A DNA stretch of 64,000 bases from an uncultured delta proteobacterium. Lineage in GTDB: Bacteria; Desulfobacterota; Binatia; UBA9968. Below the pieces are notes generated by a model. The model was given only the letters and a program-made list of their open reading frames with translations. It did no database searches and was not told where the DNA came from. Both the position numbers and the translations under genes were made by a program. Of the stretch, positions 42,791-54,032 are shown in pieces; position 1 is the stretch's first letter; each line of letters begins with the position of its first letter. Location of the stretch: NCBI GenBank assembly GCA_963847445.1, contig CAWJZV010000028.1, positions 60,973 to 124,972 on the forward strand, given 5' to 3'.

Positions 42791-43290
42791 CTACTCGACT
42801 TTCACTTTGATCTCTTTGGCTCTTAGCCTCTTCGGTCTTCGGCACGCGCACTTCCAAGATGCCGTTCTTGAAGGACGCTTTTACCTTGTCGGCGTGAACG
42901 TCCTTCGGCAACTCCACTGAACGGAGGAAGGAGCCGTAGGAACGCTCGCACCTGTAGTAATTCTCTTCCTTGACCTCTTCTTCTTTTTTCTTTTCCCCTT
43001 TGATGGTGAGCGTGTGATCGGTGAGGTTGACCTCAATGTTCTCTTTGTCGATGCCGGGTAGCTCTGCTTTTACGACGATATCGTCCTTCTCTTCGAAAAC
43101 ATCCAACGCCGGCGCGGCGATCTCCGTCCCGCCAGTGGGGAACCACCGTTCGGGCCACCAGGGCCGCATGCGCCGCCCCATGAAAGTCATCGAACACATG
43201 CTCCATGTCCCTCTCCCAGCGGGTGAGGTCCATGAACGGCCGCCAAGGTGTCACCGCCTTGGTTTCTTTCTCTTTTGCTTTCTCCGCCAT
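42791..43290 (-). CDS. Hsp20/alpha-crystallin small heat-shock protein (frameshifted)
   Basis: DVFE...AELPG, ERSYGSF.R..LP and [12 protein letters not shown]; AAGGAGG RBS. Confidence 0.93.
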
Positions 43291-43342
43291 TGTCAGTTCC
43301 CTCCTTATCTATTAATTTGTCATGTCTACCGATAATCCATTC

Positions 43343-43358
43343 CGCAATCGACGTGCCA
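43343..43358 (-). promoter_or_regulatory. Putative sigma-54 promoter (hsp20-usp operon)
   Basis: Minus strand TGGCACGTCGATTGCG. Confidence 0.78.
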
Positions 43359-43516
43359 GTCGATAGCCAGTGAAATTTATACTCTCAGTCGGCAGAAGTT
43401 TCGCAAGTTTGAAAAAATAACTCGACGGTTTCTCGCATGACTGCGAGGCGCTTGCCGATCACTCCTAGCACCGTGAAAATTCGCTTGTAGATTGGCGACA
43501 CATACGAAAGACTCCA

Positions 43517-43532
43517 TGGCATCCATCTTGCG
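43517..43532 (+). promoter_or_regulatory. Putative sigma-54 promoter (OFOR operon)
   Basis: TGGCATCCATCTTGCG. Confidence 0.7.
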
Positions 43533-43564
43533 CTTTTGCATCAGCGACAAGTGTCGGTAAGCCA

Positions 43565-44457
43565 ATGATCGAAGTACGATTTCACGGCCGCGGCGGCCAG
43601 GGCGCCAAGATCGCCAGCCGCATACTCGGCCACAGCGGCATTCTCGCCGGACTCTACGCCCAGGACTTCGCTTTGTTCGGCGCCGAACGGCGCGGCGCGC
43701 CGGTGGTTTCCTTTACCCGGCTCAGCGCCGAACCGATCGACCGACGCGGCGAAATCGAGCGGCCGGATCTGGTTGATGGTTTTGGACGACTCGCTTTTGA
43801 AGGAAGCGCCCGGCCAGGTGTATCGCGGCGTCCATCCAACAACCCCGCTAGTCGTCAATGCCGATCCGCAGCGCTTCATCGCCGGCAAGCCTCGCCGCCG
43901 CCGACTATCGCGCCATCGACATGCAGCGCATCGCCCAGGAACATATCGGCCGCAGCTTTGTCAGCGCCATCGCCGCCGCCGTTGCGGCAAAACAGATTGC
44001 CGCCATCGATGTCGAGCAATTAGCCGTTGCCGTGCGCCTCGAACTCGGCGATTTCGGCTTAGCGCCGGACCTGATCGAGAAAAACCTGGCCGCGGCGCGC
44101 ATCGCCTACGCCATGACACCGATCCTCGATCTGTCGCGCTCGCCGGTCGACGAAAACGAGCCGTCACCGTCGTGGCAAGCCGTCCCGTACTTGGGCTCGG
44201 CGCAATACGCCGGCCCGACGATTCGCCACCGCGGCAGCGCCGCGCTGCGCCAGACCGGCAACTGGCGCACCGAACGGCCGGTCATCGAGCTCGACAAATG
44301 CAAGCGCTGTTTTCTCTGTTACCTTTACTGCCCCGAAGCGGCGCTGCGCTTGGACAGCGACAATTTCCCCCATGTCGACTACGACCACTGTAAAGGTTGC
44401 ATGATCTGTTACGAGGAATGTCCCACCGACGCCATCACACGGAGGATGGAATCGTGA
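43565..44457 (+). CDS. 2-oxoacid:ferredoxin oxidoreductase gamma-delta fusion (frameshifted)
   Basis: RFHGRGGQG, FGAERRGAPV, TGNWRTERP, CKRCFLCYLYCP and CKGCMICYEECP. Confidence 0.9.
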
Positions 44458-45732
44458 CGCGCACCATGTTAACCGGCAACGCCGCGGCCGCCTGGGGCGC
44501 CCGGCTCGCCGCGGTGGATTATGTGCCGGCGTTTCCGATCACACCGCAGACCGAGATCGTCGAGACCTTGGCGCGCTGGTGCCGCAGCGGCGAAATGGCG
44601 GCGCGCCTGGTGATGATGGATTCCGAGCATTCCATGCTCGCCGCGGCGGCCGGCGCCGCGGCCACCGGCGTGCGCGTGTTCACGGCGACATCGAGCCAGG
44701 GACTGCTCTACGGCTTTGAATTGCTCTATGTCATCGCCGGCTTGCGCTTGCCGCTGGTATTGGTCAATGTCTCCCGCGCCCTGGCCCATCCGATCACTCT
44801 CGAACCCGATCACAACGATGTGCTGTCGGCGCGGGACAGCGGCTTTCTCCAGTTTCACTGCGAGACCAGCCAGGAAGTGCTCGACTCGATCCTGATCGCC
44901 TACCGTCTGGCGGAAGATGCCAAAATCCTCCTGCCGGCGATCGTCAATCTCGACGGCTTCTATCTGTCGTTCACGCGCGAATCGGTGGAGCTGCCGGAAG
45001 CCGGCGAAGTGAACGAATTCCTGCCCAGCTTCACGCCGGCATATCCGGTTCTATCCAACGCGCAACCCGCCGCCCTCGGCGCCGCGGTGCTGGACTCGAG
45101 TCTGTACAGCTACTTCAAGCACCAGATGCACCATGCCAGCGACAATGCGCTGGCGACTTTATCCCAGCATCGCCGACGAGTTCGCCGCCAGATTCGGCCG
45201 GCGCCACGACATCGTCGAAGCATTCATGCTCGACGACGCCGACTATGTATTCGTCATGACCAACTCGTTCGCCTCCATGGGCAAGGCGGAGATCAAACGC
45301 TTGCGCAGCGCCGGCAAGAAAGTCGGCTTGGCGCGCCTGCGCATGATCCGGCCCTTTCCCCACGCCGAGTTGCAGACGAATACTGGCCGGTCGCAAGGGC
45401 GTCGCCGTCATCGATCAAAACATTTCCGTCGGCAAAGGTGGCATCTTGTTTAGCGAGATCGCCAGCGCGCTTTACGGGCAACGGATCGCCCGCCGGTGCT
45501 GCTGTCGTTCATCGGCGGCCTCGGCGGCCGCAGATTTCGGCCCGGCGAATTCGACGGCATGTTGGCCAAGCTGGTCGCAGCCGATGAATCGCCGGCAGAA
45601 ATGGCCGAGCCACATCTGCTCTTCACCGGCGAAGAATGCCGCGAAGTGGGCCGATTCTTCGACATCGCCAGCAAAGAACCACCACAGGAGGAAATCCTGT
45701 CGGGGCAGGTTTCAAACCGCCCGTCAGGCTGA
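44454..45732 (+). CDS. 2-oxoacid:ferredoxin oxidoreductase alpha subunit (frameshifted)
   Basis: GNAAAA, FPITPQT, DSEHS, TATSSQGL, DGFYLS, RPFP and GGLGGR. Confidence 0.9.
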
Positions 45733-45894
45733 ATTGAGGACAGCCATGGGGGAAAGTTACGAAAACAATTATCACTCGGTTTCTACTTTGCGTACTGTGG
45801 ATCGCTATCCATTAGAGTTTGCGTCGACCGCGCAAATTTTGTTGCCACGCAATCGCCGCGCCGCCACCCCAGGGCGTATGCCATACGCCCATAC
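45699..45894. repeat. Degenerate GTAG-type REP hairpins (45699..45726 and 45871..45894)
   Basis: gtcggggcaggtttcaaaccgcccgtc and agggcgtatgccatacgcccatac. Confidence 0.5.
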
Positions 45895-45972
45895 ATCCGA
45901 ACTTCCTCGCCGATGTTATTTTGCGTTCTTTGCGGCCAACTTTCCGATTCCGCGAAACGCGAATGGTGACCC

Positions 45973-46950
45973 ATGAAGCGTGAAGCCTACAAAAGCCTGC
46001 GCACGATCTCACACCAAGAGCCGATCGGCCCCGGCGGACCGCTGTGCGCCGGCTGCGGCGGCCAGCTGAGCTTGCGCCTGTTTCACAAAGCGCTCGGCGA
46101 AAATGTCATTTTCGTCAATGCCGCGAGCTGCTCCACCATGCTCGCGACCTATCCGTTCACGCCGCTCAATTCGTCGTGGATTTATCTGGCGATGGCCTGC
46201 GCTCCGGCGGGCGCCCAGGGCGTGCGCGATGGGCTCGACATTCTCAAAGCCAAAGGCAAACTGGCCGGGCAACCGGACCGCAAGGTGGTCGTGCTCACCG
46301 GCGATGGCGCGGCCCAGGAGATCGGTTTGCAGTCGACCCTGGCGGCGATCCATCGCGGCTTGGATTTTTATTATCTGTGCTACGACAACGAATCCTACGG
46401 CAACACCGGTTTTCAAAGCTCGCCGAGCACGCCCTACGGCGCGCGCACATCGACCGAGCCGATTAGCCCGGCCGCGCCCCACGGCCGGTTGCACGAGCGC
46501 CGCGACTTGTTTGAAATCTGGCGCGTGCAGAAGCCGGATTATCTCGCGACGATCTCCGCAGCTTATCCATTGGATCTATCGGAAAAAGTCTATCGCGCCG
46601 GGAAATTCACCGGGCCAAAACTCTTCATCGCCCTGTCGCCCTGCCCGCCGGGGTGGGATGTCGATCCCGAGTGGTCCATCGATATCGCGCGGCTGGCGGT
46701 GGAGACCGGTATCTGGCCGCTCAGAGAAGCGATCCACGGCGAAGTGTCGCACACTTACATACCGCGCAAGTTTGCGCCGGTGGAAGATTATTTAAAGCGC
46801 CAGGGCCGCTTTCGCCATCTGTTCGAGCCAAAACGTGACGATGAAACCATCGCGCATATTCAAGCAACGGTGGATCGCTATTGGAAAACGGCTCGAGAAC
46901 AATATGACGACACGAGACCAGCAAGCCACCGAGACCTAATCCCGATGTAG
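45973..46950 (+). CDS. 2-oxoacid:ferredoxin oxidoreductase beta subunit (TPP-binding)
   Basis: CAGCG, GDG...YDNESYGNTG and PCPPGW. Confidence 0.92.
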   Translation: MKREAYKSLRTISHQEPIGPGGPLCAGCGGQLSLRLFHKALGENVIFVNAASCSTMLATYPFTPLNSSWIYLAMACAPAGAQGVRDGLDILKAKGKLAGQPDRKVVVLTGDGAAQEIGLQSTLAAIHRGLDFYYLCYDNESYGNTGFQSSPSTPYGARTSTEPISPAAPHGRLHERRDLFEIWRVQKPDYLATISAAYPLDLSEKVYRAGKFTGPKLFIALSPCPPGWDVDPEWSIDIARLAVETGIWPLREAIHGEVSHTYIPRKFAPVEDYLKRQGRFRHLFEPKRDDETIAHIQATVDRYWKTAREQYDDTRPASHRDLIPM

Positions 46951-46972
46951 GGGCAGGCCGGCGTGCCTGTCC
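46947..46972. repeat. GTAG-type REP-like hairpin
   Basis: gtaggggcaggccggcgtgcctgtcc. Confidence 0.5.
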
Positions 46973-47043
46973 GTGGTAGTGCAGCCAAGTCGAGGTTGCC
47001 TAAAGACATCGCTTGACTCGAACGCATCGATAGGGAGAGAAAC

Positions 47044-48147
47044 ATGAAAGACATTTTCGAATTCGCCGACGACACTAGGTCCGATCAAGATCGTCCACGT
47101 CTACGATCCCAAGCATGGCCTCAAAGCGGTGGTCGCCATCGACAACGTCGCCCGCGGACCATCCATCGGCGGCATCCGCATGGCGCCGGATGTCAGCGCC
47201 GAGGAAGCGTTTCGTTTAGCCCGCGCCATGACGCTGAAAAACTCGGCGGCCAATCTGCCCCATGGCGGCGGCAAGTCGGTGATCTTCGGCGATCCGAAGA
47301 TGGCGCCGGCGAAAAAAGAACTACTCATCCGCGCCTTCGCCCGCGCCATCCGCGACTTGGTCGAATATATCCCCGGCCCCGACATGGGCACCGACGAGCG
47401 CTGCATGGCGTGGATCAAAGACGAGATCGGCCGCGCCGTCGGCCTGCCGCCGGAGATCGGCGGCATCCCCCTCGACGAGATCGGCGCCACCGGCTTGGGG
47501 CTCAAAGCCAGCGTCGAAGCGGCGATGCAGCATTGCGACTTCAAGCTCAACGGCGCGCGTATCGCGGTTCAAGGCTTCGGCTCGGTGGGCAAACATGCGG
47601 CGCGCTTTCTCGGCGAGAAAGGCGCCATCCTCGTCGCCGCCTGCGACTCCCATGGCACGATTTTCAATCCGAAGGGCATCGACGTCGGCCGTCTGATCGC
47701 GCTCAAAGACGCCGGCAAAAACGTCAGCGACTATCCCGACGGTGAAAAGCTCGCTGTCGACGCCGTGATCGATATCGAATGCGAGATCTGGATTCCCGCC
47801 GCCCGTCCTGATGTCATCCGCAGAGACAATGTGGCGCGGCTTGAAAACCAAGCTGGTGCCGCAGGGAGCGAACATTCCGTTTACGGCGGAAGCAGAACGC
47901 ATCCTGCACAAAGCCGGGACGACTGGTATTGCCGGACTTCATCGCCAACGCCGGCGGCGTGATCTGCGCGTCGGTGGAATACCACGGCGGCACACAATCA
48001 CAAGCGCTGCAAACCATCGAAGAAAAGATTTACGCCAATACCGAAGAGGTCCTGGCCATCGCGAAGAAAAACGGCACGCTGCCGCGCCAAGCCGCGGTCG
48101 AATTGGCCGAAGCGCGGGTCAGGAAAGCGATGACGTATCAAAAGTGA
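47044..48147 (+). CDS. Glu/Leu/Phe/Val dehydrogenase (frameshifted)
   Basis: GP.IGGIR, MTLK, GGGKS, PDMGT, QGFGSVG, GAN.P and PDFIANAGGV. Confidence 0.92.
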
Positions 48148-48163
48148 CGGAATGATCCGCCGG

Positions 48164-48198
48164 CTTGAACGATTTGAACGTATTGAACGGCTAGAACC
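48164..48198. repeat. TTGAAC tandem units between convergent genes
   Basis: cttgaacgatttgaacgtattgaacggctagaacc. Confidence 0.65.
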
Positions 48199-48209
48199 TC
48201 ATGACTCAT

Positions 48210-49193
48210 CTAATGCAGCATTGCGGTTGCAATCCGCAGATAAATGATCACCGACAGCAAATCTTGAATCACCGTTGCCAGCGGGCCGCTGCCGAACGCC
48301 GGATCAAGGCCGAGCCGGTTGAACAGCCATGGCAACGTGAGCGCAACCGCGCTCGCCGTCGTGCAAGCCGCTAGAATCGCAAGCGCCACTGCGGCGACCA
48401 TGCTCGCATCGCCCCAGCGCCAGAGTCCAATCGGAAAAAAGACCGCCGCTAAGGTCACTCCAACCAGCAAACCGGTATAAACTTCACGCCGCACCACGCC
48501 GCCAATGGATACACCTACGGACAGTCCCCGTATGACGAGCGCTTCCGTCTGCGTTCCGACCGCGTCGGCAAGATAGACAATGCCGGGAATAAAGAACGCT
48601 AACATCACATTTGCCTGAAGTTGCTGCTCGTAGGCGCCGACGATATCGGCGGCCAGCAAAGCTCCCAATAGCCCCACCAATAGCCACGGCACGCGGTGCC
48701 AAAAGCGCTTTACCACCGGCTCTTCGCTGGCTGCCCGTGCCATCGACGAGTCATGCAGGAAACCGCCGAGCCGGGCCAAATCTTCGTCATGCTCGTGCAG
48801 CAACACAGCGAGCAACCGGTCAGGCGGAATAAATCCGACGAAGCGGCCGCCGTTGTCTATGATGGCCAGCGCGCTCTCGCCATGCTGCAGCGCTTTCCAG
48901 GCGGCCTTTTCCTGATCGACTCCCGGCGCCACTGCCGGCGGATCGGCATCCATGATATCGCCGACTTTGGCGTCGCTTAGAGCGCCAAAAAGCTCCTCGA
49001 CTCGGAGCACACCGACAAGCTTGCCGTCGTCGCAGACACCGATATGCGTCGCGCTTTCAAAATGAACCCCGGCCATCGACTCGCGCAGCTCACCCGCTGT
49101 GGTTTGCGGCGAGGCCACCGGCACCAGCGTGCAGACATGTTCCGACGCGGTCCCCGAAATCAACTCGGTAATCGGAATCGGTTCACCAGCCAT
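48210..49193 (-). CDS. mgtE: MgtE-family Mg2+ transporter (CBS plus TM, no N-domain)
   Basis: CBS pair, R.PWL, GTQT and DPAFGSGPLATVIQD. Confidence 0.9.
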   Translation of the reverse strand: MAGEPIPITELISGTASEHVCTLVPVASPQTTAGELRESMAGVHFESATHIGVCDDGKLVGVLRVEELFGALSDAKVGDIMDADPPAVAPGVDQEKAAWKALQHGESALAIIDNGGRFVGFIPPDRLLAVLLHEHDEDLARLGGFLHDSSMARAASEEPVVKRFWHRVPWLLVGLLGALLAADIVGAYEQQLQANVMLAFFIPGIVYLADAVGTQTEALVIRGLSVGVSIGGVVRREVYTGLLVGVTLAAVFFPIGLWRWGDASMVAAVALAILAACTTASAVALTLPWLFNRLGLDPAFGSGPLATVIQDLLSVIIYLRIATAMLH

Positions 49194-49202
49194 GCGAAGA
49201 TC

Positions 49203-49405
49203 TCACGAACTGCCGGTCTTGGCGAGCAAGTAACTAACGCAACCGTTCAGCGTGGTTAGCTGGGCAACATCAGAGTCGGGAATCTCGATGTTGGTTTCCT
49301 TGTGCAGGCCAATGACGAAATTCAAAAAGTCGACGGAATCGATATCGATCTGATCGCGTAAATCTAGCGCGGGATTGAGCCTACTCACGTCCACCTCGGG
49401 CGCAC
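49203..49405 (-). pseudogene. Acyl carrier protein fragment
   Basis: APEVD...LRDQIDIDSVDFLNFVIGLH...IEIPDSD...L.TL; first helix and start missing. Confidence 0.65.
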
Positions 49406-49611
49406 ATTGTTTTCCATCGGTCAATTGCGCAACTGCGCAAGAAATACGCCAAGGTTCTGACCGCTGAATCTCCTCATTTAGCAATGAATCTTGCCATTTC
49501 TGCGAAGCCACGAGCGGACTTTTTATCACAGTTGAAAATAGCCTCCGCAGATATATCGATCGCGCCGCACTATTCGCAGTCTTACTTATCGTTCGAGGCG
49601 GCACGGGAACG

Positions 49612-49627
49612 CGGCACTGAAATTGCT
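49612..49627 (+). promoter_or_regulatory. Putative sigma-54 promoter
   Basis: CGGCACTGAAATTGCT, upstream of DUF2267. Confidence 0.6.
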
Positions 49628-49687
49628 CGTAATCGTTGAAAGTGAGAAGTTGAATGGAAGAGGAATTTGATCAAGGAGGATCCGACA

Positions 49688-50191
49688 ATGAAAACCGGAC
49701 CGAGCTATCGCTACAAACTGGTCGGCAAACAGTCGCGCCGCAAGACTAGCCATGATCTCTTCGACGGCACGCTGCAGAAAACCCAGATTTGGCTAAACGA
49801 TCTGATGTCGGAACTGGACTGGGAAGGGAAACCGGATAAAGCTTACTTCGCGCTGCGCACAGTGCTCCATGCCCTGCGCGACCGTTTGACGGTTGAAGAA
49901 GCGGTGCAGTTGGGCGCGCAGCTGCCGATGTTGGTGCGCGGCTTTTACTACGACGGCTGGACGCTCAAGGGCAAGCCACACAAGGAGCGCCACAAAGAAG
50001 ATTTTCTGGACCATATCAAGGAAGCGTTCAAAGGCGACGTTACGGTCAGGCCGGAAAGCATCGCGCGGGCGGTTTTTCGCGTCCTGGAGCTCCACACCAG
50101 CGACGGCGAGATCGCCGACGTGAAGAATCTTATGCCCAAGGCGCTCCATGAGCTTTGGCCGAAACGGCGTCCCGTTGCCCGCGCGAATTGA
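49688..50191 (+). CDS. DUF2267 family protein
   Basis: T..WL, ALR.VLHALRDRL..EA.QL.AQLP.LVRG..Y.GW. Confidence 0.9.
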   Translation: MKTGPSYRYKLVGKQSRRKTSHDLFDGTLQKTQIWLNDLMSELDWEGKPDKAYFALRTVLHALRDRLTVEEAVQLGAQLPMLVRGFYYDGWTLKGKPHKERHKEDFLDHIKEAFKGDVTVRPESIARAVFRVLELHTSDGEIADVKNLMPKALHELWPKRRPVARAN

Positions 50192-50265
50192 GCGGCGACG
50201 GATTACCAACGGCACGGACGCCCAAGCGATCCGTATGACTGACCCATAGTCCGGGATGAACTACC

Positions 50266-51385
50266 GTGATCGGTTCGCCACAGAAACGCGACTACTACGA
50301 AGTGCTCGGCGTCGAGCGGTCGGCCACTCAGGAGCAGCTCAAACAGGCCTATCACCAACTGGCGATGAAATGGCACCCGGACCGCAATACTGCGCCGATG
50401 CCACGGATAAATTCAAGGAGATCGCCGAAGCCTACGCAGTCTTGTCCGACCAGACCAAACGGCGCGCCTATGACACCACCGGCCACGCCGGCGTGAGCGA
50501 ACGCTGGAGCACCGAGGATATATTCCGCGACTTCGATTGGTCGGCGATATCTTCGCGGCCGCTGAACGATGTCTGGAGCGTGTTTGGCAACTTATTTTCC
50601 GGCCGTCCGCCGCGAGCCGATAAAGCCCCAGGGTGCGGATCTGCGCTACGATTTACATCTCACCTGTGGATCGAACGCCGCCAAAGGGCGGCGAGCCGAC
50701 GGTCGAACTCACCCGCTCGGATAGGTGCAAGAGCTGCGGCGGCAACGGCGCCAAACCGGGAACCAAACCGGTGAGCTGCGTCGAATGTCATGGCAGCGGC
50801 GAGCAGCAGCAAGCGCGCACCGACAAGCAGATGCGGGTGGTGACCTTGACCACCTGCGCGCGCTGCAACGGGCGTGGCCAGTTCATCGAATCGCCCTGCG
50901 CCACCTGCAAAGGCAACGGCCTGCAATTCCTGCCGCACTCGATCCAGGTGCAAGTACCCGCCGGGGTCGAACATGGCATGCTGCTCCGGCTCGCCGGCCA
51001 AGGCGAGGCCGGCCCGCAAGGCGCGCCGCCCGGCGACCTGCTGGTGCGGATCTACATCCAGCCTCATGCCACGCTGAAACGCGACGGCGACGATCTCCAT
51101 GCGATGATGCCGATTTCGTTTCCCGACGCTGCGCTCGGCACCAAAGTGACGGTGCCCTGCCTTGAAGATGAAAAGGTCATCTTCACCGTGCCGGCGGGCA
51201 CGCAACATGGCACGCTGCTGCGCGCTCGCGGCAAAGGCATGCCGCGCCTGCACGGCCGCGGCAAAGGCGATCTCTATGTCGTTGTGGAAGTGACCATACC
51301 GACGGCTTTGACGCCGAGACAACGGGAATTGCTCAGAGAATTTAGCATGGAGGCGAACAAAACCAATGCCGCCACCGGATCGTGA
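50266..51385 (+). CDS. dnaJ: DnaJ chaperone with zinc finger (frameshifted)
   Basis: DYYEVLG, HPD, four CxxCxGxG repeats and C-terminal G.GMP..GDL. Confidence 0.9.
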
Positions 51386-51460
51386 CCCGCCTTTGGTCTC
51401 GCGGCGGCGGGCGTCGCCTCACTCGTTGCCCTCGCTGGGCTTGGCGCGCCGAACCGAGCA

Positions 51461-52078
51461 ATGGACTTCGATATGAACACGCTACGTTATTTTCTTGCAC
51501 TGTTTTTGGTGATCACGCTGCCTCCGCTACTTCTCTATTGGCTACTCATTCATCCGTTCGTCAACTTCTGGCGCGGCAAAGGCATCGGCCCGGCCTTCAC
51601 GATCATTCTCAGCGTAATTATTGCGGCCATGATCGGCTTGTTCTCGCTGCGCCATTTCCTGCTTGGCATCGACTACGGTAGCAGCTATCCGCTCGCCGCT
51701 TTGGGCGTGACGCTGTTGATCGTTGCCGGCGCGCTGCGATTCAAGCTGCAAAAGCATCTCGATATCAGAACCCTGCTGGGCTTCCCGGAGATCGCTCCCG
51801 AGCGCTTCCCGCGCAGACTCGTCACTGAAGGTATCTATGCGCGCATGCGCCACCCGCGCTATGTGCAGCTCCTGATCGCGCTCACCGGCTACGCGCTGAT
51901 CGCCAATTACTTGGCGGCCTATCTCGCCGTCGCGCTCTGGGCGCCAGCCATCTACGTCATTGCCCTGCTGGAAGAAAAGGAATTGCGCGCTCACTTCGGC
52001 GCCACTTACGATCAGTATTGCCGCAGGGTGCCGCGCTTTCTACCCAAACTCAGACGCGATTCTGGACCGATCGGTTGA
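51461..52078 (+). CDS. Isoprenylcysteine carboxyl methyltransferase/PEMT family membrane protein
   Basis: LVTEGIY..MRHPRY and EEKEL..HFG..Y..Y..RVPRF. Confidence 0.88.
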   Translation: MDFDMNTLRYFLALFLVITLPPLLLYWLLIHPFVNFWRGKGIGPAFTIILSVIIAAMIGLFSLRHFLLGIDYGSSYPLAALGVTLLIVAGALRFKLQKHLDIRTLLGFPEIAPERFPRRLVTEGIYARMRHPRYVQLLIALTGYALIANYLAAYLAVALWAPAIYVIALLEEKELRAHFGATYDQYCRRVPRFLPKLRRDSGPIG

Positions 52079-52081
52079 AAC

Positions 52082-53231
52082 ATGAACCGACCCGCAAGCG
52101 CACCGGCACCGATGCTGGATCAAATAGGACGGATTTCCATCACCTCGGCCGGCGCGATTTGTTGCACTGGCGCTTGGACGCTCGATCATTTGGCGGAACT
52201 GGAACGTCAGACCGCCAGGCTTGCCAAGACACTCACCGGTCCTATCCATTGCGACGTTGGCGCGATCATGGCGATGGACACTGGCGGCGCCTGGCTGCTG
52301 CAGCGAACTTTGAACCAGTTGGAGCGCGGCGGTTGCACCATCTCGCTGCTGGGCTTGTCAAATGATTTTGCCACGCTCATGCAAACCGTCGCGCGCAGCG
52401 GCTCGCAAACCGAGCGACTCCAACCCCTGCCCCATTCCGGCAGGTTGGAGCGCATGGGCCGATTTGCCTGGTCTGCTAGCGCAAATTGTTTCAAGGCGCT
52501 GGCTTTCATCGGTGAAACCGCGTTCGCTTCCGGCGCGCTGCTCGCCCGTGCCAATCGCATGCGCTGGCGGGTGTTGCTTTACAACCTTCAGGTCGATGGT
52601 CTAAACGCGCTGCCGATCGTCGGCCTGCTGTCATTTCTGATGGGCATCGTCATCGCTTATCAAGGCGCCGAGCAGTTGAAGACCTTCGGCGCCAATATCT
52701 TCATCGTCGATCTGGTCGGCATCGCGCTGTTGCGCGAAATCGCGCCGCTGGTGACGGCGATTCTGGTTGCCGGCCGCTCCGGTTCGGCCTACACCGCGCA
52801 GATCGGCACGATGACGGTAACCGAAGAGTTGGACGCGTTGCGCTCTTTGGGCATTTCGCCCATGAGCTTATTGGTCGTGCCCAGAGTATTGGCCTTGATC
52901 ATCGCGCTGCCGTTGCTCACGGTTTTTGCCGACGCGGTCGGCGTCTTCGGCGGCATGTTGATTGCGTCGAACCAGCTCGGCGTGACATTTACGGAATTTC
53001 TTAACCGGTTCGAATACGCGATTGTCTTGCGCCATTACCTCATCGGCGTCGGCAAGACCCCGGTCTTCGCCGTGATCATCGCGCTAGTCGGCTGCTATCA
53101 AGGGTTCCAAGTATCCGGCAGCGTCGACAGCGTCGGCCGCCACACCACGATCAGCGTCGTCCAAGCGATCTTTCGTGGTCATCGTCACCGACGCCTTCTT
53201 TTCGATTCTCTTCAGCTGGTGGGAAATATGA
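52082..53231 (+). CDS. MlaE-family ABC permease with N-terminal STAS domain (frameshift ~53172)
   Basis: [37 protein letters not shown] and VG..TT.SVV. Confidence 0.9.
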
Positions 53232-54032
53232 ATACCAACCTCGCTTCAACCACTGCCCCCGTGCCGCTGATCGAAGTCAATCATATCCACACCCGCTTCG
53301 GCGCGGCGGTCGTGCATGACGATGTCAGCCTGACCGTCAACAAGGGCGAGGTGTTCGCCATCGCCGGCGGCAACGGTTGCGGCAAATCGGTGCTGATGCG
53401 CGAGATGATCTTATTGCAAGCGCCAACGGCCGGCGACATTAAACTCTTCGGCCAAAGTGTCCGAACCATGAGCGCAGCCGACGTTGGGTCATTGCGCCGG
53501 CGCTGCGGTGTGCTGTTCCAACATGGCGCGTTGTTCAGCTCGCTGACCGTTACCGACAACGTCGCGGTGCCGTTACGCGAACATACCAACATCGGCCCAC
53601 GACTTATCGAAGAACTCGCCTTACTGAAGATCGCCAGCACCGGCTTTCCCATGGCCAGTGTCGGCAAATTTCCCAACGAACTGAGCGGCGGCATGCGCCG
53701 GCGCGCCGCCATGGCGCGCGCCATGGCGTTGGACCCGGAGATCCTATTTCTCGACGAGCCGACCTCGGGGCTCGACCCGATCAGCGCCGCCGCTTTCGAT
53801 GAGTTGATCCAGCAGCTGCGCGAATGGTTTAAGCCTGACGATCGTCATCATTACCCATGATTTGGACTCGCTCTGGCGCATCGCCGACCGGGTCGCGGTA
53901 CTGGGCAATGGCAAAGTGCTGGGCATCGGCAGCATGGACGAACTTTCCACTTCTACCGATCCGCTAATCCACGAGTACTTTTATGGGCCGCGCGGCCGCG
54001 CGGCCAAGGAGCAGGCATGGAACCGAAAGTAA
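53228..54032 (+). CDS. MlaF-family ABC ATPase (frameshift ~53830)
   Basis: [29 protein letters not shown] and ITHD. Confidence 0.92.

Noticed and set aside
52082-53860. MlaE-MlaF fusion (592-aa ORF)
   Set aside because: A frameshift at ~53172 explains it; the alternative frame ends mlaE at 53231, overlapping the mlaF ATG.
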